The notes beneath the pieces were generated by a model. That model had not been told where the DNA came from, searched no databases, and worked only from the letters and a program-made list of their open reading frames with translations. 64,000 bases of DNA from NCBI RefSeq assembly GCF_001194135.2, contig NC_068983.1:166301779-166365778 (forward strand), read 5' to 3'. This document shows, in pieces, positions 51,551 to 63,800 of this stretch. The first letter of the stretch is position 1, and each line of letters begins with the position of its first letter. Source of the DNA: Octopus bimaculoides (lineage: Eukaryota). The position numbers and the translations under genes are program-made.

Positions 51551-52010
51551 ATTCATGGGGTGCACGTGGAACAGTGAGAATCCAAACAATGATGTGTCTA
51601 TTCATTCTTAACACATCCTGGAAAAAATTCAAACATGAATACCTGATTAATGTGGGTTTTTGTCCTCAGAGAACATCTCTTCCCTTTAAAAAATGTGTGT
51701 CCATAACACATGTATTTCACCAGTGTAAAAGGATTGAGACATTGCAGTGTTTCAACCTTATTGTATGTCTCCTCAGTCAAAGCTACCCTGCTAGCAGATG
51801 ACTAAGAAAAACAGACACTCTTGTTTATATAATTCAGCAAACAAATTATTTATTGATGCATGCTGATGTCTGCTAACAGATAATAATTCATGGGGTGCAC
51901 ACAGAACTGGGAGAATCCAAGCAATGATATATCTATTTGTTCATAATACACTATGGCAAATTCAAACATGAATATCTGATTGCTGTTGTTTTTCATCATT
52001 AGAACATCTC
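51551..52010 (+). repeat. Diverged ~130-bp direct repeat (51551-51680 and 51886-52010)
   Basis: Shared anchors attcatggggtgcac, gagaatccaa.caatgat, aattcaaacatgaata.ctgatt, agaacatctc. Confidence 0.85.
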
Positions 52011-52749
52011 CTCCTTTGTGGGAGGGGTTCTCCAATGTCTATAAACATAATCTAAAAGGAGGAGGTGTTTGCTGATGACAAAAACAGCTATCAGATGCTC
52101 ATGATCAAATCTGCCAGAAAACTATGACAGTGAATAGTTACATTATTGGAAACCTTATGGTATTTTAGATCTCTACATGCTAAACTTCTGTTTTGTTTTT
52201 AGGCTGTCTGAATTATGTTGTATAAAGAAGTACCAAAAGGACAGAGGCATAGTATAAAAAGTAAAATATAAAACATTAAAAAAAAAGGTAGCAAATGAAT
52301 CAATAGACTCAGTATTGATCTTGGTCGTTGATGCAGTCAAGTAAATAACAGTCATGACTGCAGTAAAAAGATAGGTCGTTGTTAATGAAATAACAGCTTA
52401 ACTGGCCAAAAATAATATGCTTCTAATATAAAATTGTCTTTGACTTACATTTTAATAATGGAGTCAGTAGTTATCAATACATCTGACAAAATGTGGATAA
52501 CTGCAATAAATCGTTTTCATTTCTTTTCTAAATGTTCCAACATTTTCCAAATTAATTTGTTATAACTTCATTTTTGTATATGGTTTGCAAGATTCTTAAT
52601 GTGAAATCGTGTATTGAAATAAATGTTGTTCTATTTTGGTAGGGTCATTATGCCAATAAGAAACACATACACTGGTCCTATTTCACTTCTTAATTATTTG
52701 TCAACTAGTTAACCATTCAACCAATTAACTAACCAATTAGTTCTAGGTT

Positions 52750-52920
52750 ACAAACTTTTGGCTTGAAAGTGATCTAAATTAAAACCTATCAAAATTTCCT
52801 GTTAATTCCAAATACAAGCTTCATAATGACAAAGTTATTTTATTATATTCTTAATTATATTATTCAAATTAATAAAAACAAAGTGTATTTCAAGAGAAAT
52901 ATAGTAATGAAAAGTTCAAG
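52750..52920. mobile_element. piggyBac-like MITE fragment
   Basis: gatctaaattaaaacctatcaaaatttc...gtgtatttcaagagaaatatagtaatgaaaagttcaa, homologous to 10764-10964. Confidence 0.45.
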
Positions 52921-53839
52921 CAAATAACTAATTCTTATGTTCTTCAATGCCTTCTATTTTAATAAACTTTATACAAATTAATGCCCTCAAATATAGCTTT
53001 TACTTAAAAGTCAGCATTAGCTAGACACATCACAGCTATTCTACACTAACACACAAACTTGATCATAACCTAATTACTAGGGACATAAAATATTTCTCCC
53101 GTGTCTTTTCATATTTCATTAATCAGGTTTTAATTAGATATCACAGCCACTTTAATTATTGTTTTTATCGAACTATACAATCTATCTCTCTTTGAAATCT
53201 TTATGACACGTAATGGTGCTTCTCTCCTTCATGCATCTTAGTTCAGTTTCATTAACACAAATATTTTCACAGCAATTGCTTTTATATTAATTATTCCATT
53301 CCATCATTAATGGGATTGGTTATAAAATTTTGGATGTTTTTACGACTATACACTTCTTAATGTTAACCACTAAGGTACTTCTTTCTATAAAAGCTGACTA
53401 TGACATGCAGAGAGAGTGAGAGAGAAATCTCAATGGATTGGCTTTAGCTGGGTTTGAACTTTTAACTTTAGTGATTTAATTTGTTTCCATTTAAGAAAAA
53501 TTCCATTAAATCAACAAGGATGAGAACAATTATCACACAGTAAAAATATCTGTAATGAACAACTCTTCGATACTCAGATTACAATACCCAAATTTGTAAT
53601 AGACAATTAGTTCAAATCTTTATCTCAGATAAGGGATCAAAGTGCATGTGACATAATAACTTACTTGCACCAATCTATCTAAATACTAGTTCTAATTAAC
53701 ATATCTCTGCTGACAATAAGATATTTTTAAAACTCTAAAAGGACGTAGAAGTTTACATAAACCCTCTCTAGATTTTCCTGCATACAAGTCATCACCTTGT
53801 TCCAGGACTGGTGCCATGGTGAGTGGAAAACTGGACATT

Positions 53840-54030
53840 TCAGACAGAGCCCTTCTTCCAAGAAAAGTTGATAAGTGGGAAATAAAAGACAGCAGAATTT
53901 TACAGCCTCTTTGTTTGGGCCAGTTGCTGCCAGTTTCTCAAACATAGATGTTTTTGTCCAAAAAATGGAATTTCTATTCCCCATGGAAACTGCACTGTAC
54001 TTTCTGATGATGATGATGATGATGATGTGT
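53840..54030 (+). mobile_element. SINE A2 tail, decayed
   Basis: aaaatggaatttctattccccatggaaactg...gatgatgatgat. Confidence 0.4.
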
Positions 54031-54240
54031 GTGTGTGACATTCTTACACACACACACATCTATATATATATATATATGCACACACACATATACAAATACA
54101 TACATACACACATTCACATATATACATATACACAAGTACACATATATACACACATAAATTTACATATATACATATATATATATATACACATAAATACATA
54201 TACACACACAACTACATATACATATGTACACATACATAGC

Positions 54241-54294
<54 letters not shown>

Positions 54295-54994
54295 GGTGTA
54301 TCACCCACATCCAACAAGTAAGATTCAATTGTTCAATCATCTGAATTTCCTACCTCTGAATTAACATGTGGCTGAGTATTCCAACGGTATATATTAATGC
54401 AAAGTTACTCATACAAAATCATTGAGCTACAGAATGTAGCAAAGTTGTACCTTTTGAATTACAAGTTCAACCCAACCAAAAGGTTTCTGTATAGTTTCCA
54501 TCAAATCAGTTTCACAAGTTATGAGTTAACTCAAAGATAGAGAAAAAAAATAACAATTTGTGCAAGATGTCACAGAGAACAATTTGCACCCAGGACCTTA
54601 TAGTTGTAAAGCAAGTTTCTTAACCATTCAGGCATACTGTGCATATATCATATATGGACAGATATACATAGGAAGACAGCAGTTTGATGTCTTGGCACAA
54701 GGCTAATGTTATTCATCTAATGTCATATTTAAAGTGGAGGGCAGAATCCATTCAACTGACTCAGTATAATAAAGATACTTATTTTATGAAACCCAGAGGT
54801 ATAAGACACAAAGTGGTCCTCAATGGTATCTGAAATATAGGGCTGGCGCTCTACCAATTCTGACATACACTGCCCTTTGATATGTATTGCTTACTTGCTT
54901 AGAGTTGTCTATGATGCAGATATTCTCATTCAGCTGTGAAGCAACTAACAATGGGACATTTTAAAAGTACAGTAATAACGGGAAACACAAGTAT

Positions 54995-55392
54995 GCAGGT
55001 GTGGTGCAAGAGGGAATTGTTTGTTCTCCATGGTAACTGAATTTGCCTTTTAGCAGTTGAAATACGTCACAAACATATTTTAACTAACCCAAACTTTGCT
55101 TTTATATATATANNNNNNNNNNNNNNNNNNNNNNNNNNNNNNNNNNNNNNNNNNNNNNNNNNNNNNNNNNNNNNNNNNNNNNNNNNNNNNNNNNNNNNNN
55201 NNNNNNNNNNNNNNNNNNNNNNNNNNNNNNNACTCTTCTCTATTGTTTTTTGTTCTGTGTGTATCAAAAATATCGCTATCAATCTGGAGTAATAATTTGT
55301 AGTTTTGAAATCAGTAGTTCTTTGACTGCTATTTCTGAATTCTCAGTATGTTGGAGAAGCAGGTTACTGTCAATCCCTATATATTTATGATT

Positions 55393-55400
<8 letters not shown>
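54995..55400 (+). mobile_element. Diverged relative of the 1-628 Penelope-like element, split by (TA)n and a gap
   Basis: gctatc..tggag..ttgtagt..actgctatttctgaattctcagtatgttggagaagca..tttatgattataaa matches the reverse complement of 115-240; GAAATACGTC...aactaac precedes it. Confidence 0.55.
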
Positions 55401-55425
<25 letters not shown>

Positions 55426-56569
55426 CAATGATGCGATGTATCTCGTGCTGTACACACCCAATTACAAATACTCATACATAACCAGATGTATACATAGTTG
55501 TTGTGCCTGTGTGTTTGTTTTTAAAACTGAGATAATATTGAACTAGAAACTGTTTTCGTTTTAATTCATAAATTCCAATCTCCCTACAATATACATCCTG
55601 AGACAATTTCAATGCAAAAACAAACCATTTTTGTTTATTTTTATTTTTATTATTTTTAATTTTAGGGGCAATTCAAACAAACCATGCAACTAAGATGCTG
55701 TATGAAAACAGAATATTTTAAATATTATATATATACACACACACACTGTGTGTGTGTGTGTATGTGTGCATATACACATGCAATGAATGTAAGGTTAACA
55801 TACATGAAATGGCAAACAATAACAGTCTACTCAACAACAGAGATGCACTACTGCATGCAGGCTAATACTACTAATTACTGCCAAGACACACAAAGACACA
55901 TTCCATCGCTTAATCCAATAAGTTTGCACTGTTTGACAACAAGAAATACACAACACAATTAAAAAAAGTATGCAAACATAAAAACATCAAGACAAACTGA
56001 CAACAGCATCATATCCACTCCATAGTAATAACTATTACACACTAGTGATACGGTAACATGATTAGCCGTGTTTAGTGTGACTAAACATGACAGAAAACAA
56101 CGAAACCAGTGCACTACAGATGCAGGAAATAATTACTAGATGGGAGCAGTTTCAAATGTCAAACAGTTTTTGTTTGCAGTTCCGAATAATAGAAATGTTT
56201 TTAACACTTTCTTTTTTCCTTTCTTTTCAAACATGCTGTTGCAGAATAAGCTTCACCAACAAAGTTAACAAGCAGAAAAAAAGAAATTAAACTGTTTTTG
56301 GTGCTAAAAATCCATAACTTAGACTTTTTTTTTTTTTAGAGGGTAACTCCTCCAATTACATTAAACTCTAAATTAGAGATTATATTTTCACCAGAAATCT
56401 CCCTCATCATTCCCTCGACAAGTTACTGATATCTTTAACTTCCAGTTAACAGTTGGCATACACCCAAAAGATTTATGGATTAATCTTAAATTATCTGATC
56501 ACCTACATCCAAAAACACACACAAGTGTTCACAAAATATATTCAAACATATACATGTTATCCAGCACTA

Positions 56570-56880
56570 CCATCATTTAATGTCCATTTTCTATGCTGGC
56601 ATGAGTTGGCAAGTCAGAAGACTGCACCAAGCTCTACTGTCTGATTTAGAATGGTTTCTATGGCTGGATGCCCTTCCTAATGCCAACCACTTTGCAGTGT
56701 CTGCTGGGTGCTGTTTATGTGGCACAGGCAGCAGTGAGATTACCAAGTAAATCTCAAGACAAGACTCATCAACTGCCCTGGGGGAGTAGCATTGAAGGCA
56801 ATGGCTTGGTGCCAGGTGGTGAAAAGTTAGCATATGAACAGAGGGACAGAAATAGGTGTCTTGCAGTAGAGGAGATATAT
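56570..56880 (-). mobile_element. Family E element
   Basis: catcatttaatgtccattttctatgctggc...ggctggatgcccttcctaatgccaaccactttgc. Confidence 0.75.
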
Positions 56881-56895
56881 TTTAAACACACACAC

Positions 56896-56932
<37 letters not shown>

Positions 56933-57559
56933 TATATACTTGACACAAGTCCAACAATAGAGGGTAACCTTTGTTTGAATAGTGGACTTATCCCCATACT
57001 TTCAGCATTCTATCCACAAACACACACACATCTACTTCCCCATCATCACACTCTCATCAATCCACCCCAGCCAATCTACGTACCATGGTGGCCACTTCAC
57101 TTCACATGTATTTCATCACCCAGATGGGTTCCTTCGCAAAGTGACACTGAACCCAAACCAAGTGGCTGTAAACATGTTAAATATACAGCTATGACAGTAC
57201 ATTATGTGTGTATTTATATATGTATATACACATTGCCTTGTATACACACACAAACACAAATACACATACATTCATAAACACAAGCGGACGTTAAACGATA
57301 TACACACACACATATATGCATGCATATATACATACAAATAAAAGCACAAATACATACATGCACATATAAAATACACACACACACACACACACGCAGAGAA
57401 ATTCCATACACTCTATCACTCTATCCACCCACACTTTTTGTTATCTCATCTCTGCTACTCACTGTGCTATGACACTTTATCACCACTATGTTTATCTCTT
57501 TCCAGTTCCACTTCATCCATTCCCACCCTCTTTTCAGTCATGCGAATAGCCATGTAGCT

Positions 57560-57890
57560 CCTCTCCAACAAGACACCTGCTCTGTTCTGGCCACTTCTTT
57601 CTTACTTTAACCCCTCATCCCGTAACATGAAGCCATATATCTCTGCACTGCTTCTTCACTTAGTCCAAGAGAATCTTAGACTTGTAGACTACATGGTGAC
57701 CTCTCTTGTGCTGGTGCCATGAAAAGAGCAGCCAGTAAATGCTGTAAAATAGTTAGTGTTTGAAAGGGTATCCAGCCATAGAAATCATGCCAAAGCCGAC
57801 ACTGGAGTATGATATAGTCTTTGGATCTGTTGATTCCAGTCAAACTGATGCCAGTATAGAACATGAATATTAAATGATGATGATGGTGAT
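57560..57890 (+). mobile_element. Family E element
   Basis: aagacacctgctctg...ggtgacctctcttgtgctggtgccatg...aatgatgatgatggtgatg. Confidence 0.65.
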
Positions 57891-58776
57891 GATATATTTT
57901 AATGGAAAAAATATTTAACATCTAACTTCAAAATATAAAATTCTCAAACTGCTACTTCTCTTCCATGTGGTGCATAGATACAGTAATTATTGCATATCTA
58001 TCTAAATATAGTAATATTTTATGATTAGAGAGAAAAAAGACATATGAAGGTAGGAATATTTTTGATTTCAATTGATCTACTGCACCACAACAGTTAGACA
58101 ATATCCAAGAGACATTATTTAAACTGAAGACCAAGAAGAAGCACATGTAACAACATTCAGAAATTGTAAACTGTCTTGTCTGCAAAACACACACACATAC
58201 ACACAGAGCAAAGACATTGAAGTTAAACAATGCGTTAAAACAATCTCAAACATGAAGCCGAGACACTATATTTTTTAATTAGTATTTGGAAAAGAAAATG
58301 AGTAAGTTCTCTGTTTTAAAATTCACTTTGATCAAAGTATACAAGGTCTAAAACTAAAGATAAATACACAGAAAAGAACAAAGCAAAAAATGCAAAAACA
58401 AAAACAGAAGAAAAAAAGAGCAATAAAAAAAGAAAATATCAAACAAGCAGACAACTTTGCTCGAATTCTGTTGTTTATATTCTGAATATAAAAGAACTCT
58501 GGCGAAGAATGTAGTAATTAACAGTGTGGTTGGAACTAATCATACAACAAACACAAAATAAACGATAGGATTTGGAAAGGTAGCAATGGGAGGTGGGAGG
58601 GTGTTTGGGTGGAGTGGGGGTGTAAACAGTGGAACAGTTGACAAATAAACAAAGTAGTGAGAAAACCTGGATGATGTTGAAGAGTCAGATAACTGTGAAG
58701 ATTCAGCTGATGATGAAGTAAAGCTAAAAAGAAAAATGTAAATGAAATGTTATCATAAATAACTGAACGGTCGATG

Positions 58777-58811
<35 letters not shown>

Positions 58812-58839
58812 NNNNNNNNNNATAATAATAATAATAATA

Positions 58840-59060
58840 GTTTCTACTATAGGCACAAGGCCAGCAATTTAGAGAGGTGGGGGCAAGTCAATTACAGCAA
58901 CCCCAGTACTTGACTGGTACTTTCTTTTATTGACCCCAAAGGGATGAAAGGCAAGGATGGCTTCAGCAGAATTTGAACTCAGATCATAAAGAACTGGAAA
59001 AAATGCCATAAAGCATTTTGTTTGGAACACTAATAATTCTGCCAGTTTGCTAACAACAAC
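58840..59060 (-). mobile_element. SINE B between (TAA)n tracts
   Basis: ggcacaaggccagcaattt...cccaaagggatgaaaggcaag...gaatttgaactcaga...aattctgccagtttgc. Confidence 0.85.
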
Positions 59061-59838
59061 AACAATAATAATAATAATGATAATAATAATAATAATAAGC
59101 AACAAAAGTAAAACTAAATTATTGTATACAACTTGAAATTAAAAAAAAATGAAAACATTCAGAATTTATTCAATTCTTACATGAAATAAAGATCATAATT
59201 GTGATATGGTTTTCTTATTTCCAATATTTTTACTTATTTTCAAATGTAAAATGATAAATTTATCTTTTAACATGCGCCTTAAAAAAAAATTTAGCAAGTT
59301 TAAGATTTAAAAACAAAAAATCCCTTAAAGGCATTTTATGATCTTTTTAATATTTCTTTCAACAGATTCATACATATATACACATATATATATATGTTAT
59401 TTTGTGAGTTATTTTTATTTTATTTTTAAGACAGACAACCATCATAGAGAAAAGAAATAAAAATAAAGCATATGAATATATAAAATGAATTGTTGAGTTT
59501 TATGCAAATAAGGTTATTTTTAGCCAATGAAGAAGCATACATATGCACGAAATCTTAAAAATCTGACAGGGTGAAAATGAGAAACTAAGACATCCATATC
59601 TTTCTTGGCATGTAAAACAATACCAACAGATACACATATCCAGGCCATAGTCTTAGATGACAACAGACTTAGTACTAAGACAGCAGCCTGAATGAAGTTC
59701 TTCAAAAGTGACAGAATCCTTTAAATGATACAAGACATTTTCATTCGCCACATTCCATTTATTTGAATGTATAAAAGATACATTTCACTTTTCTGTTGAA
59801 TCTATCCATAAATTCTTCTGTATTTTTATATGTTAGAC

Positions 59839-60121
59839 CAACGATTCTCAACCAGGGTCCTTAGGACATTTGAGGGTTCATATAAGATTTTGTCGTTAGA
59901 ATTTATCAGCAATAAATTAGTTATACTTCTACAATACACAACATATTTTTTATACAATTCCTAACAATATTTAATTATAAAAATATGTGATGTTTTTTCA
60001 AAACATTGACTGGTTATGAAGGTCCATCCAAATAAGACAAGATTTAAAGGAGTCCAGGGGTTTTAAAAAAAAGNNNNNNNNNNNNNNNNNNNGGGGGGGG
60101 GGGGGGGGTTGAAAAACACTG
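59839..60121. mobile_element. hAT (Charlie-type) MITE
   Basis: TIRs CAACGATTCTCAACC and GGTTGAAAAACACTG; 8-bp target duplication TGTTAGAC (59831-59838) / TGCTAGAC (60122-60129). Confidence 0.8.
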
Positions 60122-60511
60122 TGCTAGACAATTTACAACAGGAAATGCAGTGGAAAAGTAGGTTCTAGTACAAAGCAAAAATACCTTTGAATAATATCTT
60201 AAATATCAGATTGTCTTAGAAATTGTGATGGGGAAGTGTTAGGGTTTGTGTTGCATGGAATGATGATGATAGGACATTTTAAAATGACAGAAATATTATG
60301 TAGATTCAGCAAGATGTCTATACTGAACAGGTTATAAAAGTTCACTAAACGACAATATGGTGAACAGGTGGAAAAGTAATGGCAGGTGGTCAAGTTGATT
60401 GTCAGAATAGAAGGCAATGGAAAGAAAAGTGTTGTTGGGGGAAAAAAAGGGGATAAAAAAAGATATGTTAGAAATTAGAATGGACTCAGGATGGTTATAA
60501 GAATCAAACAC

Positions 60512-60801
60512 TATCTTTTATTGGTTTCAACCAGAGGCTATGGCCGTGCCAAGGCACCACAATTAGTGCATCAGTTGGTTTATTTCAAACTCACTTCCCA
60601 GCACTCTCTTTGGATTTGGTTCCAATGTAGCAGTGAATTGGACAAATCTACCCTTCCTTGTTTCATGTCATGGTGTGGTTTCATCTGGTATCTCAAATAA
60701 AAATCCTTTGAACACAGTCACATCTATACCCCATGGACCTCTGAGATTATTGGCAAGGTAATGAAAAAATGTGGACCCTTGAACCCTAAGCTGTTACAGT
60801 A
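60512..60801 (-). mobile_element. CR1/Zenon-type LINE 3' end, decayed
   Basis: Joined frames YCNSLGFKGPHFFITLP / NLRGPWGIDVTVFKGFLFEIPDETT* / DLSNSLLH resemble the ..GP.LFN.LP..LR.....FK..LD.FL..IPDEP..SNSL terminus of CR1-group ORF2; ends ggtgccttggcacggccatagcctctggttgaaaccaataaaaga. Confidence 0.7.
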
Positions 60802-62599
60802 TTTAATACAGGAATAAAATATAGACAAACTGATATTAATATGAGTTGTTCCATGGAAATGTTGATGTTCTAAAATGTGTAAAATAGTGTTGTATATTTG
60901 GTTATTTGGTTATTTGGTTGTAGGAACCCAACTTGAAGATTTCCTTTTCATGTTGCATGTTGTTTATAATCAGATAGAGATCCATCCCTCTCCAAGCCAA
61001 AATAATGAAGTCTTGAAGTCAGCACAGCAAGTTAACACAAAAACAAGTCAATTACACTGTGAAGTCCTTGTATAAAGGTGAGTTGTAATGCTACATGATG
61101 CAAAGAAGAAAAAAAGAAACAACAACTATAGCCAAAACAAGCAAATTCAGTTTGTGGTTTATCGTCAAATGTTTAATCAACACTCCTTCTACCAAACAAC
61201 TGCTCAAGCAAAACTAATTAGGCCTATTCAACAACTGCAACCATAACAATTATGATAGTCGAAGATAGCATCTACTATCATACACTATCTTTCAAAAGTA
61301 GAGGTTGCTTAAATAATCATTACTCATAGAAATGGAATTTTCTGAATATAAAGAGTAGGTCATGCTCCATTCGTGACAAAAATATATTTCTACAAAAATA
61401 AAATAACTGAATAACTACAAAGGTTTTGCAGCATATAGAGCAAAATTAAATGTGTAACTGAACATAGGAATGAATAAAGCAATCATTGTTGTTGACAGGC
61501 TTAAAGACAGTGAAACTCGAGTGAGTTTATGATAGAGTGAACAAAAATGACCTATCAGGAAAGATCAAAGCCGAGGCAATCTTTATATGTCTGGATTGAA
61601 ATAGTAAATGTTCAACTCAAAAAGAGACAGTTGACTGAGTATTTAAATAAAGCTATATCAATATTAAAGAAAAACGCTAAAAGGAAATGACATGTGAAAC
61701 ATGCACTATTTAGAAGCAGATGTAAAACATTAGAGAATAGATTCTGCTCCTCATAACGTTTCCACTGACGCTTTCATTCAACACAATTTGTGAGTAGGTG
61801 CATATATATACACACACATGCACACACACACACAGCTATTTATATATAAATACCCAAAAGGAACTGAACTAAAAACTTCTTTGAGGTTTTTATCATAATG
61901 TCACAAAAAAAATTTCTTTTATAAGCTAAAAAATATTACAGAACACTTGCACTTACCACCATTTTATATATATATATATATATATANNNNNNNNNNNNNN
62001 NNNNNNNNNNNNNNNNNNNNNNNNNNNNNNNNNNNNNNNNNNNNNNNNNNNNNNNNNNNNNNNNNNNNNNNNNNNNNNNNNNNNNNNNNNNNNNNNNNNN
62101 NNNNNNNNNNNNNNNNNNNNNNNNNNNNNNNNNNNNNNNNNNNNNNNNNNNNNNNNNNNNNATATTGATAATTTGATTATTGATAATTTTCACTAGATTC
62201 ATTGTAGTCACATTTACTTTTATTTTACATTCTTTCATTTCTTAGTATAAAGTGGTCAAGAGAAAGAAAGGCAAAAGAAAGATATTTTACTGCTTGCTTC
62301 TGAGCCCTGTTAAGTTGTCAGCAGAAGCCAAATTTTTGACTACCTGCTTTCAGTCATAGTAAAGAGCAGTGACCAAGACAGGGAAAGCAGATATTTGACA
62401 GTTTGCCTTTCAGCCATGTTAAGCCAGCAGACAAACTGTCAACTTTTTTTCTCTTCAAGTGAGTGACTTTCCTGAGGCTTTCCCCATAGTCGGACAGATT
62501 TAGACAAGAAATGCATATTTAGTCAATTTACAAGTTTGTTTTATTGCTTTCTGATATATTTCATATGATTATTCAGTATCAAAGAGTACACGATCAGTA

Positions 62600-62781
62600 G
62601 ATTGTGGCCATGCTGGGGCACCACCCTAAATAATTTTTAGTCTAATGAATCTATCCTAGAAGTTTTTTTAAAGACTGGTGCTTATTCTTTTGGTCTTTCG
62701 TGCCAAACTGCTAAGTTACAGGTACGTAAACACACCACCACCAGTTGTCAAGTGTTGGTGAAGGACAAACACAGACACAAA

Positions 62782-62820
<39 letters not shown>
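62600..62820 (-). mobile_element. SINE A1 tail plus CA tract
   Basis: tgtggccatgctggggcaccacc...ctaagttacaggtacgtaaacacacc...gttgtcaag. Confidence 0.8.
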
Positions 62821-62829
<9 letters not shown>

Positions 62830-63213
62830 GGTCTGTAAATAACATGTGACAATTATTCGGTAGCCATGATAAAACTCTGAGTTTCGGATGTCGGGGCGAA
62901 AACCCACACCGCCATCTCTTCAGTTATCTGGCCATCGAAAAAATGCTATGAAAATGACTGTTAAACAAAGGGAAATTACTGTGATTGGCCAAAGTCATAT
63001 GTATGTTTCTCGTGTCTTACTACTTCAAAACGGTGCATCATAGGGGGAGGGGGGATAACTATTTTCATTTTCAGACGCCCCACATTCTCAAAGCATGTAT
63101 AATACTACACTTTTCACAGAAAACAGGGGAGAGTGGGACACTCAGAACCCTACCCAACCTCAATGGAGGTGGGTGGACTGCATGCCCTAGTTTCCTAGCC
63201 ACCCTTCACCACT

Positions 63214-63215
<2 letters not shown>
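62830..63215 (-). mobile_element. ~390-bp hammerhead-containing element between (TA)n tracts (Penelope pLTR or retrozyme-like)
   Basis: Bounded by atatatata (62821) and (AT)n (63217); more GC/CpG-rich than its flanks; contains a hammerhead and a GGCCAATCA motif. Confidence 0.5.
62861..62935 (-). ncRNA. Minimal type-I hammerhead ribozyme with intact catalytic core
   Basis: Minus strand: GCCA GATAA CTGAAGA GATGGCGG-loop-CCGACATC C GAAA CTC A GAG TT TTATC A TGGC. Stem I GATAA/TTATC extends by GCCA/TGGC; palindromic stem III AAACTC-A-GAGTTT; GUU cleavage triplet. Confidence 0.75.
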
Positions 63216-63250
<35 letters not shown>

Positions 63251-63599
63251 CAGGGAATTAGCAAAGTAGGTGACAGAACAATTCTCATGGCTAGGCAACT
63301 CATCTTTGATAATGAACAGTCTCAAGCTGGCAGCAGAACTGGGAGTCCCCATGCAGATGTAGTGGTGAATACTACTTTTAAATGAAATTAGATAAATAAC
63401 AAGATGTATTTTGGCCACCTCCTTACAAGAAAATTGGAATATAAGTAACAAATGCTAAATACATCCTCAATGAAAGAATGAAATATATAAAGTACATAAA
63501 TGATAAAAGAAATTTATAACACATTTTTTTTGTTACTAATAGTGACTGTATATGTCAGTAATGAGTTGGGCAAGTTTAATTGGGGTATTACATCAAATG

Positions 63600-63800
63600 G
63601 CAAATTAAGGGTTTCTAACATTCAGCACAAGACAAATTTTGGGAAAGTATTACACTGAATTCACTTGACTGGTACTTATTTTATCAACCCCAGAAGGATG
63701 AAAAATAAAGTAGACCTCAGTGAGATTTGAATTCAAGGCATAAGGTGATGCAAGTAAATACTGCATGTATTATGTCCGGTGCCCTACCATTTCTGTCACC
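63600..63800 (-). mobile_element. SINE B, decayed
   Basis: ggtacttattttatcaaccccagaaggatgaaaaataaagtagacctcagtgagatttgaattca. Confidence 0.7.

Noticed and set aside
52173-52355. Minus-strand acceptor (ctttttactgcag) followed by ATG as a possible first coding exon
   Set aside because: No convincing donor in the required phase 2.
59520-59705. 61-aa minus-strand ORF as a 5' exon of ARHGAP39
   Set aside because: No recognisable homology and no phase-2 donor.
61945-61965. Minus-strand ATGGTG|GTAAGT strong donor
   Set aside because: Phase 0 is incompatible with the phase-2 acceptors, and it directly abuts (TA)n and a gap.
63170-63212. Minus-strand GTGAAGG...GAAACTAGGG as a second hammerhead in the 390-bp unit
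   Set aside because: Core mismatches at both ends, no NUH triplet and no stem I.
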